A DNA stretch of 64,000 bases. It comes from an uncultured delta proteobacterium (GTDB lineage: Bacteria; Myxococcota; Myxococcia; Myxococcales; Myxococcaceae). This document shows, one piece after another, positions 46,853-56,991 of this stretch. Position 1 is the stretch's first letter; every line of letters begins with the position of its first letter. The position numbers and the translations under genes are program-made. The notes under the pieces were generated by a model. That model saw nothing but the letters and a program-made list of their open reading frames with translations, did not search any database and had not been told where the DNA came from. The DNA lies in the NCBI GenBank assembly GCA_963776345.1, contig CAVZMH010000002.1:46604-110603 (forward strand), written 5' to 3'.

Positions 46853-47959
46853 GTGGACGCCTCGCTCGACGAGCTCCTGGCGGCGTTCGATCCCGGCCTT
46901 CCGCTGGAGCGGGCTCGCTCACTCCCCTCGACCTGGTACCGCGACCCGCGGGTCGACGCCCTGGAGCGCGAGCGCGTCTTCGGCGACAGCTGGCTGCTGG
47001 TGGCACGGGCCGAGCAGCTGGACCGACCGGGCGACTTCGTCACCACCGAGGTCGCGGGTGAGCCGCTGCTCGTTCTCCGGGACGACGCCGGGGACCTCCG
47101 CGCGTTCTTCAACGTCTGCCGGCACCGGGCGGCATGCGTGGTGACGGAGCCGGAGGGGAGCGCGCGCCGGCTCCGCTGCCGGTACCACGGGTGGACCTAC
47201 GACCTCCGGGGGCGACTGCGGGGCGTGCCGGAGTTCGAGGGGGTCGAGGACTTCCGGCGCGAGGAGCACGGGCTGGTGCCTCTGGCCGTGGACCGCTGGG
47301 GCCCCCTGGTGTTCGTCCACCTCGGCGCCGAGCCTCCACCGCTGCGGGACTGGCTCGCCCCGCTCCCGGAGCGGATCGACGCGCTCGATGGGCTCCGCTT
47401 CCTCGAGCGCCGCGAGTACAGCCTGGCCTGCAACTGGAAGGTGTTCGTCGACAACTACCTCGACGGCGGATACCACGTGAACTCGGTCCACCCGGCGCTG
47501 GGCAGCGTGCTCCAGTACTCGGAGTACCGGACCGAGTGCTTCGAGCGGACCAGCCTCCAGTCCAGCCCTCTGCACGCCGGGGACGACCCGTCGGCGTCGG
47601 CGACCCGGAAGGGCGACCTCGCGCGCTACGGCTGGGCGTTCCCGAACGTGATGGTGAACCTCTACCGGGGGGTCATGGACACCAACGTGGTGCTCCCGCT
47701 GGGCCCGGAGCGCTGCCGGGTGGTCATCGACTTCTACTTCGCCGATCTGGACGGCGCGCGCGCCCAGGCCTTCGCCCGGGAGAGCGTGGAGCTGGGCCAC
47801 CGCATCCAGCTCGAGGACGTGGGCGTCTGCGAGGACGTGCAGCGGGGGCTGGGCAGCCGCTCGTACCGAACGGGGCGGTTCAGCGTGCGCCGCGAGGTGG
47901 CCATCCATCACTTCCACCGGCTCCTCGCGGCGGCCGTTCGCGGGCCCGGCCCGGGCTGA
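46853..47959 (+). CDS. Rieske non-heme iron oxygenase alpha subunit (choline monooxygenase-like)
   Basis: NVCRHR...CRYHGWTY Rieske motif; NWKVFVDNYLDGGYHVNSVH; ED...CE.VQRGL.S. Confidence 0.93.
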   Translation: MDASLDELLAAFDPGLPLERARSLPSTWYRDPRVDALERERVFGDSWLLVARAEQLDRPGDFVTTEVAGEPLLVLRDDAGDLRAFFNVCRHRAACVVTEPEGSARRLRCRYHGWTYDLRGRLRGVPEFEGVEDFRREEHGLVPLAVDRWGPLVFVHLGAEPPPLRDWLAPLPERIDALDGLRFLERREYSLACNWKVFVDNYLDGGYHVNSVHPALGSVLQYSEYRTECFERTSLQSSPLHAGDDPSASATRKGDLARYGWAFPNVMVNLYRGVMDTNVVLPLGPERCRVVIDFYFADLDGARAQAFARESVELGHRIQLEDVGVCEDVQRGLGSRSYRTGRFSVRREVAIHHFHRLLAAAVRGPGPG

Positions 47960-47963
47960 GGGC

Positions 47964-50325
47964 ATGGCCGGAGGACACGACCCTCGACGCCCGCCGGCGG
48001 TGAGCGAGGCGCCCTCTTCGCACTGGAAGCGCTGGGCGCGGATCGCGGCGCTCCTCGCGCTCGCCGGCATGGCGCTCACCGGGATCGGATTCCTGGTCGC
48101 CCGTCGATCGCCCGCGCTCGCGCAGCCGCCGCCCGCCACATACGTGGGCAGCGAGCGGTGCAAGGCGTGCCACCAGGCCGAGTACGACGCGTGGAAGGGC
48201 TCGCACCACGCGGCGGCGATGGCAGCCGCCCGCGACGGGACGGTCCTGGGCGACTTCCGCGACGCCCAGCTCGTGCACCGGGGAAAGACCTGGCGCTTCT
48301 TTCGCGACGGCCAGAAGTTCATGGTGCACGCCGAGGGGCCGGACGCGCAGATGCGCGACTACGAGGTGCTGTACACCTTCGGCGTCGAGCCGCTGCAGCA
48401 GTACCTGGTGGGGTTTCCCGGGGGACGAGCTCCAGACGCTGTCGGCGGCCTGGGACACGCACGCGCGGAGGTGGTTCCACGTGAACCCGGGTCCCGAGGC
48501 CCCGCCGGGCGACTGGCTGCACTGGACCCGCCCGGGCCAGAGCTGGAACGCGATGTGCGCGGACTGCCACTCGACGGACGTCCGGAAGCGCTACGACCCG
48601 GAGAGCGACACCTACCGGACGACCTGGTCGGAGATCATGGTCGGCTGCGAGGCGTGCCACGGCCCCGCCTCGCGCCACCTGGCCTGGGCAGACCAGCCGG
48701 CGACACGGCGACCGGCCTTGGAGAACGCGGGGCTGCCGACCCGGACCGCGAAGCTCGCGGCTCCCGAGCTCGGCGCCCTCTGCGCCCCGTGCCACTCCCG
48801 GCGCGCGCAGTTCGAGGACCAGGGCACGCCCGGCGGCGAGCTGCTCGACCGCTACCTGCCGGTGCTCCTCTCGCCGGGCGTCTTCCACCCCGACGGGCAG
48901 ATCCTCGACGAGGACTTCGAGTGGCAGTCGTTCACCCAGAGCAAGATGTACGCGAACGGCATCCGCTGCACCGACTGCCACGACGCGCACTCGGGGAAGC
49001 GGATCCGGGAGGGGAACGCGCTCTGCACCCGCTGCCACCGGGCGGACACCTACGACGACCGCTCGCACCACTTCCACGCGGCGGAGTGGCAGGGGAAGCC
49101 CAGCGCGGGGGTGCTCTGCGTCTCCTGCCACATGCCGGGCCAGAACTACATGCGGGTGCACTTTCGCAGGGACCACTCGATCCGCGTGCCCCGCCCGGAC
49201 CTCACCGCGGCGCTCGGCGTCCCCAACGCCTGCAGCACCGCGGGCTGCCACGCGGACCGCCCGCTCCGGTGGGTCCAGGCGAAGTACGACGAGTGGTACG
49301 GGAAGAAGAGGAAGCCGCACTTCGGCACCGTGCTCGCCGCCGGGCGGAGGCAGGACCCCGCGGCCGAGCAGGCGCTGATCAGGCTCGCGCAGGATGCGCT
49401 GCTGCCGGTGGTCGCCCGCGCGACGGCGGTCGATCTCCTCGCGGGCTACCGCGGGTCGGCCGCGCAGGGAGCGTTCCAGGAGGCCCTCACCGACCCCGAG
49501 CCGCTGGTGCGTGTCACGGCCGCACAGCGCGTCGCCGGCGAGCCGGCCGCGCTGGCCCGGCTCCTGGGCCCCTTGCTCCAGGACCCCATCCGGGCAGTCC
49601 GCGCACAGGCAGCCGCGCGTCTCGCCGGCCCGCCTTCCCTCCAGCTCCCGGAACCGGAGCGCCGGGCGCAGGCCGCGGCGCTGGAGGAGTACGTCCAGGC
49701 GCAGCGCTACACCTCCGACCTGCCGTCCGGGCCCTACAACCTCGGGAACCTCGACGTCGCGCTCGGGCGGCCGGCCGAGGCCGAGCGACAGTACCGGCGG
49801 GCGATCGCCATCGACGACCAGCTCTTCGCGGCCAAGGCCAATCTGGCGATGCTTCTCGCCGGCCAGGGGCGGCTCGAGGAGGGGGAGACGCTGCTGCGTC
49901 AGGCCCGCGCGGCGCGACCGCGGGACGCGAGCCTGGCCTTCAACCTCGGACTGCTGCTCGCCGAGCGGGGCAAGCGCGAGGAGGCGGAGCAGGCGCTCCG
50001 CGCCGCGCTCGAGGCCGATCCGCGACTGGCCGCCGCCGCCTACAACCTCGCGGTGATGGTCGGGGAGAGTCGTCCAAGGGAAGCAGTCGCGCTGGCGCGT
50101 CAGGCGGCGGAGGCAGAGCCCGGGGTTGCCCGGTACGCGTGGACGCTCGGGTACTTCCAGTCGCGGTCGGGAGACCTGCGGGGCGCCGCGGAGACGCTCG
50201 AGCCCCTCCTCCGCGCCCACCCCGAGTACGGCGACGCCTGGGGATTGCTGGCGGAGGTCTACGCGCGTCAGGGCCGCACGGCCGAGGCCGGGGCCCTGCT
50301 CCGGCGTCGACCGCCCCCGCCCTGA
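47964..50325 (+). CDS. Multiheme c-type cytochrome with HEAT/TPR C-terminus; +1 frameshift near 48420-48430
   Basis: CKACH before the shift; CADCH, CEACH, CAPCH, CTDCH, CTRCH, CVSCH and CSTAGCH after it. Restored junction PLQQYLVGFPGG(R)LQTLSAAWD...WFH. Confidence 0.88.
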
Positions 50326-50345
50326 GGCCGGTCGACAGCACCCTG

Positions 50346-50403
50346 ATTGGCCCTAGGTCCAATATCCCCGCGCGGGCGGGCCGTGAAAAGGCGTCGCGCC
50401 TTT
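50346..50403. promoter_or_regulatory. Two palindromes upstream of the arylsulfatase
   Basis: ATTGG-C-CCTAGG-T-CCAAT (50346-50363) and AAAGGCG-TCG-CGCCTTT (50387-50403). Confidence 0.45.
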
Positions 50404-50483
50404 GCATCCACGCGCGGACCGGCGCCCCGACGGAACGACTGGAGGCGTGGCCGCTGCAGCCATCACGTCAGGGGAGCCCATCG

Positions 50484-52067
50484 ATGAAGAGCCTCTCGAA
50501 GGTCATGGCCATCGTGGCCGCGGGGTGTCTCCTCGCGCCGCCGCTGGCCCACGCGCAGCAGAAGAAGCCGAACATCCTCGTCATCTGGGGCGACGACGTC
50601 GGCGTTCACAACATCAGCGCCTACAACCACGGGATCATGGGCTACCAGACGCCCGGCATCGACCGGCTGGCGAAGGAAGGCGCGCTCTTCACCGACGCCT
50701 ACGCCCAGCAGAGCTGCACCGCGGGACGCGCGTCGTTCATCCTTGGCCAGCACCCCTTCCGCACCGGGCTGCTCACCATCGGCATGCCGGGCTCGCCGCA
50801 CGGCATCCCTGACTGGACGCCGACGATCGCCGATCTCCTCAAGGAGCAGGGCTACGCAACGGGCCAGTTCGGGAAGAACCACCTGGGCGACCGGGACAAC
50901 CACCTGCCCACGGTCCACGGCTTCGACGAGTTCTTCGGGAACCTCTACCACCTCAACGCCGAGGAGGAGCCGGAGACCTACTACTACCCGAAGGATCCCG
51001 AGTTCCGGAAGAAGTACGGGCCCCGGGGCGTCCTCCACTCCTGGGCCGACGGCAAGGGCGGGCAGCGCATCGAGAACACCGGGCCGCTGACCGTGAAGCG
51101 GATGGAGACCATCGACGAGGAGATCTACGCCGCCGCCGACAAGTTCATCGACAAGTCGGTCAAGGCGAAGAAGCCCTTCTTCGTCTGGTTCAACACCACC
51201 CGGATGCACGTCTGGACGCACCTCAAGAAGGCCTCGGACGGGAAGACCGGGATCGGCCTCTACCCCGACGGCATGGTCGAGCACGACGCGATGGTGGGCG
51301 AGCTGCTGAAGAAGCTCGACCAGCTGGGGATCGCCGGCGAGACCATCGTCATCTACGGCACGGACAACGGCGCCGAGACGGCCAGCTGGCCCGACGGCGG
51401 CATCACCCCGTTCCACGGCGAGAAGGGGACCACCTGGGAGGGCGGCTTCCGCGTCCCGATGATCGTCCGCTGGCCAGGGGTCCTCAAGCCGGGCACCACC
51501 CAGAACGCCATCTTCTCCCAGGAGGACTGGATGCCCACCCTGCTCGCGGCGGCGGGTGTCCCGGACGTCGTGCAGAAGCTGGAGAAGGGCTACAAGGCCA
51601 ACAACCGTCAGTTCAAGATCCACCCCGACGGCTACAACTTCCTGCCCTACTTCAAGGGCGAGGTGAAGAAGGCTCCCCGCGAGGAGATCCTCTATTTCGG
51701 CCAGGGCGGCGAGCTCAACGCCGTGCGCTGGAACGACTGGAAGGTGAACTTCGCCGTCGTGGACGGGAACATCGCGACCGGCACCCGAAAGGTCACCGGC
51801 TGGCCGCTCATCGTGAACCTCCGGGCGGATCCCTACGAGAGGATGCCGCTCGAATCGCAGATGTACATGCGCTGGTACGCCGACAACCTCTGGCTCTTCG
51901 TGCCGGTGCAGCAGAAGCTCAAGGAGTTCCTGGTCACGCTCCCGCAGTTCCCCTTCCAGGAAGGCGGCAGCCTGAGCGCCTCGAACATCAACTACGGCAC
52001 GCTCAAGGCCGCGGCGGCGCTGAAGCGGTTGCAGGAGATCGAGAGCCTCAGCCCTCCGAGCAACTGA
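50484..52067 (+). CDS. Arylsulfatase (Cys-type, CTAGR), secreted
   Basis: Signal peptide; KPNILVIWGDD, SCTAGR, GQFGKNHLGD, TDNG, GEKGTTWEGGFRVP. Confidence 0.95.
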   Translation: MKSLSKVMAIVAAGCLLAPPLAHAQQKKPNILVIWGDDVGVHNISAYNHGIMGYQTPGIDRLAKEGALFTDAYAQQSCTAGRASFILGQHPFRTGLLTIGMPGSPHGIPDWTPTIADLLKEQGYATGQFGKNHLGDRDNHLPTVHGFDEFFGNLYHLNAEEEPETYYYPKDPEFRKKYGPRGVLHSWADGKGGQRIENTGPLTVKRMETIDEEIYAAADKFIDKSVKAKKPFFVWFNTTRMHVWTHLKKASDGKTGIGLYPDGMVEHDAMVGELLKKLDQLGIAGETIVIYGTDNGAETASWPDGGITPFHGEKGTTWEGGFRVPMIVRWPGVLKPGTTQNAIFSQEDWMPTLLAAAGVPDVVQKLEKGYKANNRQFKIHPDGYNFLPYFKGEVKKAPREEILYFGQGGELNAVRWNDWKVNFAVVDGNIATGTRKVTGWPLIVNLRADPYERMPLESQMYMRWYADNLWLFVPVQQKLKEFLVTLPQFPFQEGGSLSASNINYGTLKAAAALKRLQEIESLSPPSN

Positions 52068-52116
52068 CGCTCGGACCGGGAGGGCGGTCGCCGGTTTGGT
52101 CCAACGGCGAGGTGAG

Positions 52117-52857
52117 CTACGGGTCTGCCTCCACCGGGCGGGACAGCGCCTCGCGAGCTCCGGCCGCGGCGCGCTCCATCGCCTCCCGACCCCGCTCGAG
52201 GCGGAATGGCCCGACCCAGGGGAGCCCGTCGAGGGCGACCACCTGCATCTCCTTCCGGTCGGGGATCTGAAGAGCAGGGCTGGCCTTCCGCCGCCACGGC
52301 GAGCGCGACGCGAGGTGGTGGAAGAGCACGCGCTCGTTCTCGCCGACGCCTGCCATGCCGGGACGATCGAGCACCCCGCCGTCCAGGTAGAGCCGCCTGC
52401 CGATCCGGACCGGCTGGAGCAGCACCGGGAAGGCGCAGGAGGCATGGATCGCCGGGGCGAGCGGCCCGCTGCGCAGCACGGCCGTCCGGGCGCCGAGGAC
52501 GTCGTAGACGGAGAGCGCCAGGGGCACCCGGCATTCCTCGAACGTCTTCACCGGAGCGAGCGTCTCCAGGAGCGCACGGAACAGGGCGCCGCGGAGAAGC
52601 CCGAGCCCCGGGCGCAGATCCCAGAAATGCTCGCGCCGGAGCCGGAGGAGCTCCTCACGGATGCGCGGGGCAGGGACTCCCGCGGCCCAGAGCCCCCCGA
52701 CCAGGGCCCCGGCGCTCGAGCCCGAGATGCGCGCCGGAAAGAACCTCTCCTCCTCGAGTACCGAGACCACGCCCGCGTGGGCGAAGAAGCCGAAGAACCC
52801 GGACGACATCGCCAGGGTGAACGACTTCTCGCTCAGCCAGTCCCGAAGCGTCCGCAT
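52117..52857 (-). CDS. Patatin-like phospholipase
   Basis: [17 protein letters not shown] nucleophile elbow, ASCA.P, DGG. Confidence 0.92.
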   Translation of the reverse strand: MRTLRDWLSEKSFTLAMSSGFFGFFAHAGVVSVLEEERFFPARISGSSAGALVGGLWAAGVPAPRIREELLRLRREHFWDLRPGLGLLRGALFRALLETLAPVKTFEECRVPLALSVYDVLGARTAVLRSGPLAPAIHASCAFPVLLQPVRIGRRLYLDGGVLDRPGMAGVGENERVLFHHLASRSPWRRKASPALQIPDRKEMQVVALDGLPWVGPFRLERGREAMERAAAGAREALSRPVEADP

Positions 52858-52862
52858 CCGTG

Positions 52863-52896
52863 CCCTTCAACGTGTCGGGGAGACAGGATTCGAACC
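52863..52896 (-). repeat. att-like copy 1: tRNA-Pro 3' fragment
   Basis: CCCTTCAACGTGTCGGGGAGACAGGATTCGAACC, 34 bp identical to 60876-60909. Confidence 0.9.
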
Positions 52897-52960
52897 CGGC
52901 GATCGACTTGTAGCGGTTCCACGCAGCGTCGACACGGTTCTCGAGCGTGACGCTGTCACG

Positions 52961-54286
52961 TCACCAATCGAAGTAGTAGGCGAGACCCAGCCCCACCCCG
53001 TACTTGAAGGTCTCATCGGCGGCGGTGCTCGACAGCGACGCCTGGTACCAGGCGGAGATGGAGAGCGACTTCTGCCGGTCCACGAACATGCCCGCCACGC
53101 CCTTCATCACCGGGACGAAGGTCTCGCCGACGAAGTCCCAGCCGAGCTTGGTGTCCAGTGCCAGGAAGGACCTGCCGGGGAGGTTGAACACCAGGATCGG
53201 CTCGAGCAGCAGGCGGTTGATCTCTGGATAGCCGGCGCTCGACCCCAGCGAGCGGTACCAGATCACCTGTGTGGTGAGCGCCGCCCACCGCGTGAGGCCC
53301 ACCGCGATGGCATACGAGGGGACCAGCGCCCAGGGTGCGCCTACCCAGGGCGAGCCCAGGGAAGGGTTCGAGGCCGTCTGCCACTGGAGGCCGAGCGCGA
53401 CGTACTGGCGCACCCGCCCCTGGGCGAGGAAGTTCCAGGCGAAGGAGGTGAAGACTGCCCCCAGCCCGAACTGCGCCGGACCGCCTCCGGCGTCGGGGTA
53501 GAGCGCCGAGACGGGAACCTTGACCTGGAGCGCGAGCTCGCTCGATTGCCCGAACACGAACTGAGGATTGAAGAGAAGGCGGCCACCGTTGGCCTTGTTT
53601 CCCAGCCTCTCGTAGCTGTCGAACTGGAGCAGGATCTGGCTGCGGGAGAAGGCGACGGAGTCGAGGCCCTGCAGGATCTGAAGGGCCTCTCGCACCCGGT
53701 CCTGGCGAGTCATCTGCTCCAGGACGTCGACCAGGCTCGACGCTTCCACCGCCTGACGGAGGTCGGCTGCGTTGCACTCGCTCGAGAGCTTCGCCTCGTT
53801 CGCCTGAAGGCACTCCAGGAGGGGCCCAGCCTGTGACGGCACGCCCTTGCAGACGCGCTCCAGGTCGGCTCTGCACGCCGTCCTCAGGCCCGCGACCCGC
53901 TCCCTGGCCTCGGCGAGCCGGTTCATCTCAACCTGGCAGCTGGGAGACAGCTCGGGATGGTGCTGGGCGAGGCACCCCAGCACCCGTCCCCCGCCAGGCT
54001 CGATGGTTGGGCAGAACTGGTCGACGTCTGCGCGGCAGGCCCTGCCGAACTCCTCGACGAGCGTCCTCGCCTTCAGGGCGTCCGCGTCGACCTTCTCGCG
54101 ACAGGCGACGGAAAGCCTGGGCTCGTTCTCGCGCAGGCAGCTCACGATGCGGGCGCTCCCGGGCTTGACCTCGGGACAGAGTTGCCTCACGTCGTCGGCG
54201 CAGGGGTCCTCGGCGAGGGCCGTTGACCCCGTCAGGCTTCCGACGAGGAGAGCCAGCAGCGCTGGCTGGCGGCTCTTGAACCCCAC
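52961..54286 (-). CDS. Cysteine-rich repeat protein fused to a C-terminal beta-barrel-like domain
   Basis: Signal peptide; three repeats C.(D/A)D...(L/F/V)C..(V/I)......CL......LS..C; amphipathic strands ending GLAYYFDW. Start is GTG 54286 or ATG 54373. Confidence 0.8.
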   Translation of the reverse strand: MGFKSRQPALLALLVGSLTGSTALAEDPCADDVRQLCPEVKPGSARIVSCLRENEPRLSVACREKVDADALKARTLVEEFGRACRADVDQFCPTIEPGGGRVLGCLAQHHPELSPSCQVEMNRLAEARERVAGLRTACRADLERVCKGVPSQAGPLLECLQANEAKLSSECNAADLRQAVEASSLVDVLEQMTRQDRVREALQILQGLDSVAFSRSQILLQFDSYERLGNKANGGRLLFNPQFVFGQSSELALQVKVPVSALYPDAGGGPAQFGLGAVFTSFAWNFLAQGRVRQYVALGLQWQTASNPSLGSPWVGAPWALVPSYAIAVGLTRWAALTTQVIWYRSLGSSAGYPEINRLLLEPILVFNLPGRSFLALDTKLGWDFVGETFVPVMKGVAGMFVDRQKSLSISAWYQASLSSTAADETFKYGVGLGLAYYFDW

Positions 54287-54461
54287 CCTCAGCAGATACC
54301 CCCTCTCCAGGCTCGCCCCGAGGAGAACTCTGCCGTGCGCCGGAACCGGCGGGTCGTAGGACCAAGGGCGCATACGAGGCCGCCCCCCCGGTGCCCTAGC
54401 GTGACCTTCTCGGCAGGCACCCGCGATTGCCCTGGGCCTGGACCGGCGGACGTGGCGGCTC

Positions 54462-56960
54462 GTGACCCCGGCCGCGAGGGAGGATCAGTTGACGACCTGG
54501 ATCACAAACGGGGTTCTGGCCGCCGCGCTGACGGTGGCCACGGGATGCCATCCCAGGACGCCACCGAGCGACCCCGCGGCTCCCGTGCCCGTGGCAACGA
54601 AGGCGATGCCCGTGGCGACGGAAGACCGCACCGTGCTGCCAATCCCCGAGCCGACCTATCCGCCCATCACCGAGCTCGACGCGCGCAAGGTGACGCCGCC
54701 GCCGCGGTTCGAGGTGAAGGCGCCCGAGGGTGCGCCCAACGTCCTCATCATCCTGATCGACGACATGGGCTTCGGGATGCCCAGCGCGTTCGGCGGGCCG
54801 ATCCACATGCCGACCGTGGACCGGCTGGCCAGCGAGGGGCTCAGCTACAACCAGTTTCACACCGCTGCGCTCTGCTCGCCGACGCGCGTCGCCCTGCTCA
54901 CCGGCCGCAACCATCACACCAACAACATGGGCTCCATCACGGAGACGGCCACGGCCTTCCCGGGCAACACCGGCCAGCGGCCCGACAGCGTGGCGCCGCT
55001 CGCCGAGGTGCTGCGCCTCAACGGCTACAGCACCAGCTTCTTCGGAAAAAACCACGAGACCGCGACCTGGGAGCTCAGCCCGTCGGGCCCGACCACGCGC
55101 TGGCCGAACCGGTCCGGCTTCGACGAGTTCTACGGGTTCATGGGCGGCGAGACCAACCAGTGGGCGCCGCTGGTCTACCACAACCAGTCGCCGGTCGAGG
55201 TGCCGAAGGACCCGAAGTACCACTTCATGAACGACATGACGAACAAGGCCATCGGCTGGATGCAGTTCCAGAAGGCGCTGACGCCGGACCGGCCGTTCTT
55301 CATGTACTTCGCGCCTGGAGCGACGCACGCGCCACACCACGTGCCCAGGGAATGGATCGCCAAGTACAAGGGCAAGTTCGACAAGGGATGGGACGCGATG
55401 CGGGACGAGGTCCTGGCTCGCCAGATCAAGCTCGGCGTGGTGCCTCCCGGAACGAAGCTCGCCGCGAAGCCCGAGGCGATCAAGGACTGGGACAAGCTCT
55501 CGGCCGACGAGAAGAAGCTCTTCACTCGCCAGATGGAGGTTTTCGCCGCCTTCGGCGAGTACACCGACACCGAGATCGGCCGGCTCATCGAGGCCATCCG
55601 GGAGACGGGCCAGCTCGAGAACACGCTCATCTTCTACATCCTGGGCGACAACGGCACGAGCGCCGAGGGCGGCATGAACGGGATGTTCAGCGAGATGACC
55701 TATTTCAACGGCGTTCAGGAGAAGGTCGAGGACATCCTCAAGCACTACGATCAGCTGGGCGGGCCGATGTCCTACCCCCACATGGCGGCCGGTTGGGCCG
55801 TCGCCGGCGACACGCCCTTCAGCTGGACCAAGCAGGTGGCCTCGAACTTCGGTGGCACGCGCAACGGGATGGTCATCCACTGGCCCAAACGCATCAAGGC
55901 CAGGGGGGAGGTGCGCTCTCAGTTCCACCACGTCGTCGACGTGGCGCCGACCATCCTGGAGGCCATCGGTCTGCCCGAGCCGAGGAGCGTCAACGGGTCC
56001 GTCCAGAAGCCGATCGAGGGCGTCAGCATGGTGTACAGCTTCGACGACCCGAGGGCGGAGAGCCACCACAAGGTCCAGTACTTCGAGATCTTCGGCAACC
56101 GGGCCATCTACGCCGATGGCTGGTTCGCGGGAACGATCCACCGGGCTCCCTGGGAGTTCAAGCCGCGCGCGGCGCTCCTCGCGGACAAGTGGGAGCTCTA
56201 CGACACGCGCAGCGACTTCAGCCTGGCGAGCGACCTCGCCGCATCCAACCCCGCCAAGCTGAAGGAGCTCCAGGAACTCTTCATGAAGGAGGCGGTGAAG
56301 TACAACGTCCTCCCCATCGATGACCGCAGCGTCGAGCGGCTCGATGCCAAGCTCGTCGGGCGGCCCGACCTGATGGGGGACCGGATGTCGCTCACGCTGC
56401 ACGCGGGGATGACGGGCATCTCGGAGAACGCCTTCATCAACGTGAAGAACCGCTCGGCGATCATCACCGCCGACCTGGAGATCCCGGCCGGCGGCGCCAA
56501 CGGCGTCATCCTCGCGCAGGGCGGCCGCTTCGGCGGCTGGAGTCTCTACTTGAAGGGCGGCAAGCCGGCCTACAGCTACAACTTCATCGGTCTGGAGCGA
56601 GCCACCATCGCGGGCAAGAAGCCGGTCCCACCCGGCAAGGCGACGCTGAGGATGGAGTTCGCCTACGACGGCGGGGGCATCGGCAAGGGCGGCGTGGTCA
56701 CCCTCTATCTGAACGACGAGAAGGTCGGCCAGGGCCGGCTCGAGCGCACGCAGCCGGGGATCTTCTCGGTCGACGATCCCGCAGACGTCGGGATGGACGA
56801 GGGCACGCCCGTCATCGAGGACTACCAGCCCAAGGACACGCGATTCACCGGCACCATCCGCAAGGTGGTGGTGGAAGTGAAGGCGATGGGGGCTGGGGAG
56901 AAGACGGCCGCGGCGATGGGCAACGCCGAGACCGCCAGGAAGGCCGCGGAGGCCGAGTAG
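54462..56960 (+). CDS. Arylsulfatase (Cys-type, CSPTR; long form), probable lipoprotein
   Basis: APNVLIILIDD.GFG, LCSPTR..LLTGRNHH, GKNH, ATHAPHH, GDNG.SAEGG; VATG-C lipobox-like. Confidence 0.95.
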   Translation: MTPAAREDQLTTWITNGVLAAALTVATGCHPRTPPSDPAAPVPVATKAMPVATEDRTVLPIPEPTYPPITELDARKVTPPPRFEVKAPEGAPNVLIILIDDMGFGMPSAFGGPIHMPTVDRLASEGLSYNQFHTAALCSPTRVALLTGRNHHTNNMGSITETATAFPGNTGQRPDSVAPLAEVLRLNGYSTSFFGKNHETATWELSPSGPTTRWPNRSGFDEFYGFMGGETNQWAPLVYHNQSPVEVPKDPKYHFMNDMTNKAIGWMQFQKALTPDRPFFMYFAPGATHAPHHVPREWIAKYKGKFDKGWDAMRDEVLARQIKLGVVPPGTKLAAKPEAIKDWDKLSADEKKLFTRQMEVFAAFGEYTDTEIGRLIEAIRETGQLENTLIFYILGDNGTSAEGGMNGMFSEMTYFNGVQEKVEDILKHYDQLGGPMSYPHMAAGWAVAGDTPFSWTKQVASNFGGTRNGMVIHWPKRIKARGEVRSQFHHVVDVAPTILEAIGLPEPRSVNGSVQKPIEGVSMVYSFDDPRAESHHKVQYFEIFGNRAIYADGWFAGTIHRAPWEFKPRAALLADKWELYDTRSDFSLASDLAASNPAKLKELQELFMKEAVKYNVLPIDDRSVERLDAKLVGRPDLMGDRMSLTLHAGMTGISENAFINVKNRSAIITADLEIPAGGANGVILAQGGRFGGWSLYLKGGKPAYSYNFIGLERATIAGKKPVPPGKATLRMEFAYDGGGIGKGGVVTLYLNDEKVGQGRLERTQPGIFSVDDPADVGMDEGTPVIEDYQPKDTRFTGTIRKVVVEVKAMGAGEKTAAAMGNAETARKAAEAE

Positions 56961-56991
56961 CAAGGACGGCGGAGAGACTAGACTGAAAGCC

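Noticed and set aside
50387..50406. Sigma54 promoter (GG...TTTGCA)
   Set aside because: GG-to-GC spacing is 12 nt, not the required 10.
47964..52067. 1367-aa cytochrome-sulfatase fusion
   Set aside because: Artefact of the frameshift near 48425; the sulfatase has its own RBS, ATG (50484) and signal peptide.
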